Below, piece after piece: positions 50,301-64,000 of a DNA stretch of 64,000 nt; position 1 is the first letter of the stretch; every line of letters begins with the position of its first letter. Source of the stretch: Lingula anatina (Eukaryota; Animalia; Brachiopoda); NCBI GenBank assembly GCA_051362555.1, contig CM120642.1, positions 31,992,001-32,056,000 of the forward strand, in the 5' to 3' direction. A program made the position numbers and the translations under genes. The notes below the pieces were generated by a model, which searched no databases, was not told the origin of the DNA, and saw only the letters and a list, made by a program, of their open reading frames with translations.

Positions 50301-53249
50301 CTTTGGTTTGATCTATGTATTAAATGTACAATTTTTTGAAAGTCTAAATGAAAAAGTCATTCCTTTTTGTTAAATATTTTGCAAAAGTGCTGATTTGTTT
50401 GGTATAAATTTGAATTTAAATATTTCATTTGTTCAATTTTGATAGTTCTTCAACCTTATTTCTCAATCACATTGAAAGTGTGCATGCCATTAGCAGTAGT
50501 ATATAGGTATATTTTAATTCATGGCACCATGGCATAATTTTAGTCAAATTGTTTTGTTTCATTATGTTTCAGTTTTTGTACTGATTTTTATTGATTAATT
50601 AATTTATTTATTTTGCAGGTATATAGTACAAATCAGAACAAACTAGGTGTATATAGTGGATTTAAGCAGTTATATAGAGAAGGAGGTGCCAGAGGACTGT
50701 GGAGAGGAAATGGAATCAATGTCTTAAAGATTGCCCCAGAATCTGCAATTAAATTCATGGCATATGAACAGGTGAAAATTTTAAAGCAGCAAAAGAGTGA
50801 AACTATTATTTTTCATAGATGGAACCAGCTCCTATGGGACCATTGATGAATGTATTATGAGATGAACAGTTTAACACGTCTCCTCTTGGCTTCTAGTAGA
50901 ATTTTTTAAAAAGCTGATGATTATACATGTACATTGAAAACAAGGGGAGGCGTGTTAGTCTACTAGTTCAATTGCATTCAGCGAGAGCCCCTGCAGAGTT
51001 GGAATGATATACATAGAACAATAGTTTCATTGGGAGTGGTCCCAATGTGTGGACTTTTGTTTTTAGGAATAGCTTGAATATTAGATATTTATTATATCAT
51101 GTGGCTTCCATTTAAAACATTGCAAACGTGACGTTTTTTAAATGGAAGACACATGATATAATAAATATGTTATACGTGAGTATTGATATTTGTAGTATAT
51201 GACAAACAAAATTATGATTTTGGGAAAAAAAATGACTAAATTTTTTGTTGTTGTTTTCCAGATAAAGCGTAGCTTCAAAGATCCATATAGTGGAGAGATA
51301 GCACCAGTCCACAGGTTTATATCTGGTTCTTTGGCTGGAGCTGTGGCACAGACAATTATATATCCCATGGAGGTAAGAATTGGGCCATGTACGCCCACCA
51401 AACAACACAATCTCTTCCCATGGAGGCAAGAACTGCAAAAGACAGTGAACACCCACCAAACATTGTCTCAACTAACTCAATCTCTTCCCATGGAGGCAAG
51501 AACTGCACAAAACAATGTACACCCACCAAACATTGTCTCAACTAACACAATGTCTTGTGCTGTAATGTATTGCCTCATTGATGTCATAGTTGATAACCTT
51601 TCCTGTCTGAATTTGTTGAATGTTTTGAGGTAACATTTCGTACATCAGTCCTCATACAGCTCATACTTTGCCTGATGCACACTTTTCAATGAAAATATTG
51701 GGACAACAGTTTTGTGGAAAGAAATCTGTAGCTTAATTTTTGTTTGTATAAGTTCTGTGTTCTGTTTCTAGGTCATAAAAACAAGACTGGCCCTGGGTAG
51801 AACTGGAGAATATAGTGGAATTGTTGACTGTGTTTCTAAAGTGGTCAAACACGATGGTGGGATGTCTTTATATCGGGGGTACCTACCAAATCTGGTTGGG
51901 ATCTTACCCTACGCAGGGATAGATCTGTTTATTTATGAGGTGAGTTCAAAAATGACTTTGCACTGTTAATTTTAAACTATATTCAATATGGTCAATATAG
52001 TTTTATTTTGCTTCATGAACTTGAGTTTTAGAGATAATAATTTTACTTAGGAACAAATTATTCATGAAAGAGCTATGTTTCCCCCTTGTCACAAGAGCAT
52101 CATCAAATACTACCCTGAGTGAGAATGGTTCACAAGTCTTACTACCAACATCCAATGTCTTGTGAGTATTCATCCTTGTTATGCTTTTGTGATAAAAGTG
52201 AAATGTAGCAGTTTTATAGATAACTTGTTCCAAAGTAAGTTATTATTATTATCACTAAAATGTCAGTAAATAGAACGGTAAAAAGAAATCCTTGAACCAT
52301 GAACAATCCAATGGATTTTTTTTTTTTTTTTTTTGCTTCTGTTTCTTAATTTTTTTACACCAGTTTTCATGTTTTCTCTATAGACATTAAAAAGTAAGCA
52401 TAAAGCCTGGTACCCAGACCACCAAGACCCCTCCATCATCTTCCTCCTCTTCTGTGGTGCTACCAGCTGCTCGTTTGGACAGCTTTGTACATATCCCCTG
52501 GCATTAATACGAACCAAACTACAAGCCAAAGGTGAGCAGATATTATAATAGCATTGATACGAACCAAACTACAAGCCAAAAGTAAAAAGATGTTGCATTG
52601 ATACAAACCAAATTACAAGCCAAAGGTATGAAAATGTTAAAATAGCATTACGATGAACCAAACGCCAAGCCAAAGGTAGAAAAATATGGTACATTTATCA
52701 ATACAAACCAAATTACAAGTCAAATGTTAGGAGATCTTATAAAAGCATTAATAGAAACCAAACTACAAGGCAAAGGTAAGAATATATAGCTGGTAACATG
52801 GAAAACAGTTAGTTTAGTGAGGCAAACGAATATTGCAGATAAACACAATTTCAGTATTAGCTGCTGATTGAAGAAAAGTTACTACTTTATTGTTTGTTTT
52901 GTAGCTAGACTTCTAATTTTGATTAAAATGGCAGCTATTAGCAAGTGTTGAAACATTTGAAAGTAGTACAATGTGTATGGTGCAAATTTGAAAGTAATAC
53001 GAATATTCTTCTTAGCAGGTTTAATCTGATTATTGTGGCAACAATTTCTTTTAAATTATTATTTCAGGCAAGCTTGGAGGAAAGAAAGACAGTTGGATAG
53101 GTTTAGGCAGGACAATTGTGAAAGAAGAGGGATTCTTAGGACTCTATAGAGGAATTATCCCCAATTTTGCCAAGGTGTTACCAGCAGTCAGCATCAGCTA
53201 TGTCACTTATGAACATGTACGGAAATTGCTAGGGGTAGATATGTCATAG
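41306..53249 (+). CDS. SLC25A25: Calcium-binding mitochondrial ATP-Mg/Pi carrier SCaMC (SLC25A23/24/25 co-orthologue), isoform using exon 5A
   Basis: Exons 41306-41494, 41949-42075, 45744-45831, 46374-46482, 48306-48464, 50619-50771, 51262-51372, 51772-51939, 52384-52531, 53068-53249, all phase-consistent. Four EF-hands ([48 protein letters not shown]). Carrier motifs PIDRLK, PMEVIK and [11 protein letters not shown] (SCaMC-typical), plus [25 protein letters not shown]. Confidence 0.96.
48570..48686 (+). CDS. Alternative duplicated exon 5B of SCaMC (putative mutually exclusive with 48306-48464)
   Basis: TCAAG acceptor and CAG|GTAGTG donor. 117 nt, phase 0-0. Encodes [39 protein letters not shown], versus 5A ...[33 protein letters not shown]. 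Differences in the shared part are mostly at third codon positions. Confidence 0.85.
51363..51551 (+). repeat. Tandem repeat copying the exon 7 end and donor of SCaMC (3 copies)
   Basis: TCCCATGGAG|GTAAGAA...CCCACCAAACA is followed by two intronic copies TCCCATGGAG|GCAAGAACTGCA...CACCCACCAAACATTGTCTCAACTAAC. Confidence 0.85.
52501..52783 (+). repeat. ~50-bp tandem repeat copying the exon 9 end and donor of SCaMC (6 copies)
   Basis: Unit GCATTAATACGAACCAAACTACAAGCCAAAG|GT... at about 52501, 52551, 52595, 52645, 52695 and 52745. Confidence 0.9.
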
Positions 53250-56200
53250 CTTTCTGATCACATGTCAGCTTTATTTATGATCATTTAAAAACCTGCAGCA
53301 GACGCTAAGCGGGGAATTTGACGATTCCTTTCATGTCAACAGTCAGCTTCATGTACAACCACATAAAAACAATATTTTGGGAGGTTTGATGATGACCAGT
53401 ATGTATTATAACCTCCTGGATACGCACACAGCTGTCATGTGACCAGTTACAGCCAATGGGATGTAAGCTTCACATTCTCTGCAGGACTGCCTTTAGAGTG
53501 ATATTGACATTGCATTTTCTGGTGTTTTAAGTGATTTTTTTTTCTTACATTCAGCCATCAGTGTTTTTTGATGTCATTTGTGGCTTACAGAAGACAATCA
53601 ACTTGCTCATAGTTCTCTTTCTGGGAATAGATGCAGCCAGTTTGTCAACAGATTAAAAAAAGGGACTGCCAATAACAAAAGTGACTGATATTTATATCAA
53701 ATACTTAAAAAAGGTGCACAAATAAGAATCAGTGCTCAGAGAAAAGGGATTTAGATAGGGTTGACTGGACTCCCTCAGTACCACTAGAGTGCAACAAGGA
53801 ACTTGTTATACTGTGGGATGCAGGACGCAATGCTCTTTGTCCATATTAATGTGATATTTTGTTAATGTTCAGAGTTGTTGTTTTAAAGAATAATGACCAA
53901 GGACTTGAGAATGAGTATTACTCATTTGTCATTGAACTTTGAATCTTGCAGTGTAAATCTTCTTTGCATGTGGTCTGTATCTTGTTCTATTTCAGTCCTC
54001 ATCAGTGTTAAATATTCTGTAGATGTGATGCAAGGGAGTTCTCCGAGTCACGTCAGTGAGACACATTTTGTGCAATACTTGCCAGTTTTATATCTCTCTT
54101 TAATAACTGAAGTTCTTTTCATATTGAAAGGCACCTAACTATAAATATATATGTAGTACTAAATTGAGGGTACTGTATAGAAAATAATAGGATTAGTCAG
54201 AGTTAGGCAAATATTACACAAAATGTGTGCATCACTGACGCCATTCAGAGAACCCTTTTCTTTTTGGAATGACCCGTGAATGAATTGTTGACTGATGTTT
54301 ATCTGTTAGGTTTGGCAAACTACATCCCAAATGATTGTGTCATGCTAATAATTCTCATTGTTTGTTCATCATTTACTTATTCTATCAAATATGAGAGGTA
54401 CTGTAACAATTCTAGTTGAATGTAGCTTAAAGCTTTAAGTAATTGACTCATCTTATAAGGTAAACAGTTTTTCCCCTAGTTGTTTTAATTTATTACCCCT
54501 CTCTAAATGTAATAGATGCATTTTAGTAAAATTTTCAGACTGGACCAGAAGTTGGTTAACTTAGAAACAATTAGTTTTTGGTGGTGATCCTTCAATCAAT
54601 GATCAAAAATGAAAATTCAGCTGCCTTGGCAAAGGTCTACTGACAAGTGTTTTCTACTCGTCATTTAAATAATCATTGCTTCTTTGTTGTGCAATATAGT
54701 GCCATACTTGGTCCACCCAAGGTTTGTGTGCGTTTTGCATTTAGAATCAAAATTTTTTGTCTTATGAGTAAGAGCAATTTGATGAAAGTTAATGCATCTT
54801 CTGACAGAGCAGGCTTTGGCTTTTTTCCCCAATTATATTTGTCAGAACTTATCTTCTTCCCCATTCCGCTTCCCATTGTAAATGTTGACAATTTTAATTA
54901 TTGTGGTCGACTTAACTGTAAATTTTAAGTAGTAAATCTTTAACGAAAATGATTATTTACCTATTTTTCTGAAATCTTAGTAATCAACAAAAAGATTACC
55001 AGTTCCTGATAATGATGAAGACAGTGGTTGCATTATATGTGAGGTGTGAACCAGAAAGCTCTATCAGCTTTAAATAAATACCAAATATTTCAGCACAAAA
55101 AATACTGTCATTTGACAGGGATCAGACTCCAGAATGTGGAGTATATCTGCTGGTGAGGTTATTATTAATGTAGTAAAAAATATGCATTTAAAGTTAGAAA
55201 ACTTGGACTAAAAAAAATCATTATCTGAGCACTTAGTAGTGCGACTTGAACACTATGGCATACAGCTGGTTAAAATATAACTTTGACATAGAAAAATCTT
55301 AGGGCACTGCACTTTTATGCAGGAGAGATGTTGAGACTGTAAAAAGATACATAGATATATTTTAATCTGTTGAACATTATATTGTCATAAGGTCTGGGTT
55401 GAACTGAGAGGCCGAATGCAAGCTTCTTGCAGGATGTGGAAGGTTGTGCATCCACCTCTCATTTATTTATATATATTTTCTCTCTGTGAAATGATGTATG
55501 AATGGAAGTTGTAATTATGTTTATTGTGATCTTTCCACAGTATGATCACTTACTTTTTTTATACTTTCATTGATGAATAAAATGTTATGAAGTAAGTATT
55601 GTCAGCTGAAAAGTCAAAATTAAATTGTTTTAATTTAATTCTGCTTCAAAATTTTATAAAAAACAACCTGAACTAATTTCCTTCCATCTGATTCTGCTAT
55701 TTCATTTGCAGTGACCTGTTTTTAAATTGCGCCAAAATATTCAGTAATACAACTAAAAATCAATTTGGGAACAAGCCCAACTTAACCAATTTCATTCAGC
55801 TGTTTGTTTGGAAGAAAGTAAACAATGCCCTGAAAGTTCAAACATCTTTTGTGAAAACATTTTACAACAACTCTATCACAAAAAGTTTGAAAGTTTGATA
55901 CCATCTGAAAAAACAAATCTGGTAGCATCTAAACAAGTCTGAATACAAAAATATGCTGTTTGGACAGCATACATTGTGGTTTGGTCCAATGAGACAACTA
56001 TTCGTTTTGACCATTCATCTGTTAAGATGGCATGCAGGCATTCTTATGACATGCATGACATGGCATGCATGGCATTCTTATGACAAAGGATTAAATGGAA
56101 GAGTTTCATCTTCTGGATGACTCAAATGTTCCATCATTTCCTTCAAAAAGGCTGGCATTCACTTACAGCTTACAGGGTATAAAATTTCCCTAATGTTTTA

Positions 56201-56384
56201 TTTGACTTCCATCTTCACCTATGATGTTCTTGTCTTGACTCTTAGCGCCATCTACCAGTGCATTAAATCAACATATTGTAATGTATAGGATCATACAGTG
56301 GCTTCCTGGCGCCGCCTTGGGAGCCACAGAAGACTCCTGCTGCCATCTACTGGTGTTTTCATCCAATATTATGTACAGCTTATG

Positions 56385-61275
<4,891 letters not shown>

Positions 61276-61500
61276 TTGCTTTATTTTCTAACCTCCACCT
61301 GAAGAAAACAAGATAGGCTTTAGCTTTTAGTTTTACCTTACGAACCAGATTTAATTTTAAGAAGACAACTTCCAAAATCATTCACAGATTTGTTCTTCTT
61401 ATCAGAATTTTACATTTACTTAATGCTTCACAAAACACACAAGCTGAGAGCAAAAAGAGACAAAAATCGGTTTCATAAAGAGGCTGGGTCACGGTGACCT

Positions 61501-64000
61501 ATGGCGTCCTCATGGAAGCTTCTTGTGCAAAGGCAAAGAAACACGTTGCTTAAATACTGCAGTTCCCCTTGCGTCAACTGTCAGATAACCAGGAGACATT
61601 CTAAACTTCAGAGGGATTCCTATAAGTTACGGAATTATGTTTATACACGGTATTCGGTTCGTGCTTACAGCGCGGAAAAAGCATCACCAAAGTCTGCAAA
61701 GAGCAAGGAGAAATCCAAAGAAAATGTGAAAGTGGAATATACTATTCCAACAGTAAAAGGCGAAAAAAAAGGCAAATCGACATAAGAATCTATATTCAGA
61801 TTAAAAGGAATAAAAATTTGTAGAAACATTTGACTTAGTTGAACTATCTTTGGTTTTTCTGTTACTTAAGGTGTTAGAATGAGTACAGGTACATGCAGTA
61901 ACTTATGATTTGATTAATTTCTGCAGGTGCAGTTCAGCATATATTGCAAACAATAGCATTTTCAATTCTCATATTTCTATCCTGTCATCAGATGTCACCT
62001 GCCCTTTACCCCAGTCTTACAGCCCCAGATATGTAGAAGCAGCGTGGTACGACTGGTGGGAGAAGAGTAACATTTTCACTCCAGAGAATACAGATAAGGT
62101 TTGTACACAGGGCTCCTTTAATTAGGTTAATGAATTGAAAAAAATTAATTAGTACCTTAATGGACATTCTGATTACTTTTACTAAACTAAATCACAGTAT
62201 TCAGTTTGACTAGATAAATGAACACTATATCCATGTATAAAGGCTCATAATTAAATAGACTCCTTATTTTACCTAGCATTCATTGAGTGAGGAGAAGTTT
62301 GTAGTCATGCTGCCACCACCCAATGTGACTGGAACTCTCCACTTGGGGCATGCACTGACCAACTCCATACAGGACGCCATTGTCAGGTGGTCAGTATGAT
62401 GTTTGTGTTAATTTCATGCGTATTTTACAGATCTTGTGGAACGAGGAGAATCATATTTTATTTTTTAAGTACTGAAGTGACACCACATCACATAACACCA
62501 TACATTACTATAGCACGTCAAATGACATAATACATGCTATACCACACATATCACATAACGCTAAAACTCGGTTCCCATACCTAGATGGATCTAACAGGAT
62601 CAATCCGTCTCCGAGGGGTTTCTCACTACATTGCTTTCAGCTTAAGCGGTTGATGTCTTGCACTCCTGCTAAAAGCTGCTGAAAGATAATTAATTACCAC
62701 CTAGCAGCTTCAGTAGGCGTGACAGACATCTAAGCTGCTTAAGTTGATTGCAATTCAGCGAGAATCCTCTTGAAGATAAAGTGATCCACAGTCAATATGA
62801 TACGGTCCGGGAATGGTCCCTATATCGTAACATATCATACCACACAACTTGATATCATAACATATACCATGCTATACCATCTTTATATCTATTGTACACT
62901 ACAGGCACAGAATGCATGGTCGGCAGGTGCTCTGGCTACCAGCCACTGACCACGCAGGTATAGCCACTCAGGTGGTCGTAGAGAAGAAGTTGTGGAGGGA
63001 GAAGAAAATGACCAGACATGATATTGGAAGAGAACAGTTTCTGGAAGAAGTGTGGAAGTGGAAAGAAGAGTATGGTTTAGTTTGGTGATTTGAAGTATAT
63101 AAATTGTTTTGAAATACACACATTTTTTATAGATTGATTTTTAAAGCTATTCTTATTTACTTCATGGCATATTTTGTGTATTTTCCCTTTGATTTGAATT
63201 GGATAGGTGCTACCAGATATATATTACTGACATTTTTCTTAAAACTTTGTCTAGAAAGGGTGGAACAATCTGTGACCAGCTCAGGAAGATGGGATCATCT
63301 TTAGACTGGAGCCGTGAATGTTTTACAATGGACCCAGTAAGTATTTGAATGTTAAACAAAGACCAGAGTCTTGAATGGTAATGATAGGTATTGTCATAAC
63401 ACATTTATAATTGTGGATAATTGTAATATTTTTATGCAGATTTTCATGTTAAATTTACCAAATTAAACAGGTCTCTCACTGGCTGATGAAATGAATTGCA
63501 ATAACACAAAATCTGTTCATTCTAAAACACTGTCGTAACTCTTTCAGAAATTGTCTGCTGCAGTGACGGAAGCTTTTGTACGTCTCCATGACGAGGGTGT
63601 TATTTACCGTGGCACCAGACTGGTCAACTGGTCATGTGCCTTGCAGTCTGCTATATCTGATATAGAGGTAAGTTATCTCATCTTATCTCATGTCTGGGTT
63701 TCAGCTTCATACTATAATAATGTATTACCTGTTCTGAAGAATTACCCTTGTTATTATTTCTTTTCATAAGTAGTAAGTAATTTTTTTCTGTTAACCAGAA
63801 TTCCTATGAATTGGCAAGAATCTTTCTCTGATTTGATAAGAAAAAGGCAATAAATGATCCCTGTATCTGACAGTTTGATTGATTTTTGAATCAAAAACTT
63901 ATTTCCACACGCCCAACACAACCCATATTTATTATGTATTCTACAGGTGGAGCCAGTTGAAACTGAAGGAGAAATGACTGTGGCAATTCCAGGCTATCGG
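61501..64000 (+). CDS. VARS2: Valine--tRNA ligase, mitochondrial type, 5' part; gene continues past the right edge
   Basis: Exons 61501-61771 (Arg-rich, acid-poor presequence-like N-terminus, no GST-like domain), 61992-62098 ([23 protein letters not shown]), 62277-62389 ([15 protein letters not shown], the HIGH motif), 62905-63069 ([13 protein letters not shown]), 63255-63336 ([14 protein letters not shown]), 63548-63667 ([16 protein letters not shown]), 63947-64000. Confidence 0.93.
62570..62815. mobile_element. Palindromic MITE-like element within a degenerate (CATAC/CACAT)n tract in VARS2 intron 3
   Basis: Imperfect inverted arms (TTCCCATACC...CTTAAGCGG / ...GCTTAAG...GGTCCGGGAA) around a central TAATTAATTA. 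A second copy lies at 12560-12735, and pentamer-like tracts flank both sides (about 62480-62560 and 62820-62880). Confidence 0.65.

Noticed and set aside
50820-51046. 16-bp G-U-containing stem (50874-50889 with 50941-50956) enclosing a TGATGA, suggesting a C/D snoRNA
   Set aside because: The box C-like motif is not next to the stem and no box D (CTGA) is correctly placed. Wider degenerate symmetry suggests an old foldback element.

Overview
AT-rich, intron-rich eukaryotic genomic DNA from an invertebrate bilaterian. It carries an HR39/NR5B receptor, which vertebrates lack; a lophotrochozoan such as a mollusc is plausible but not provable from this window. I reconstructed eight protein-coding genes exon by exon with frame-consistent splice sites. 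They form four consecutive head-to-head pairs: ASPM(-)/CTR2-like copper transporter(+), HR39(-)/MRH-domain CD-MPR-like receptor(+), FAM102/EEIG1(-)/SCaMC ATP-Mg/Pi carrier(+), and GTF2H4(-)/VARS2(+). ASPM and VARS2 are cut by the window edges. The strongest unusual signals are two duplicated, apparently mutually exclusive exon pairs. In the copper transporter, exons 3A/3B swap TM1 and the cytosolic loop with its dileucine motif, and exclusivity is enforced by reading frame. In SCaMC, exons 5A/5B swap the regulatory linker and helix H1 across a 105-nt intron with an AG-free zone and a hairpin over the acceptor. Other notable items: gene neighbourhoods matching vertebrate MHC-paralogon microsynteny, tandem repeats that copy 5' splice sites, a GC-AG intron, a consensus ERE abutting the VARS2 start codon, clustered NR5 sites at the HR39 promoter, CTCF-like motifs and several foldback/MITE elements. 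No rRNA, tRNA or CRISPR array was recognised.
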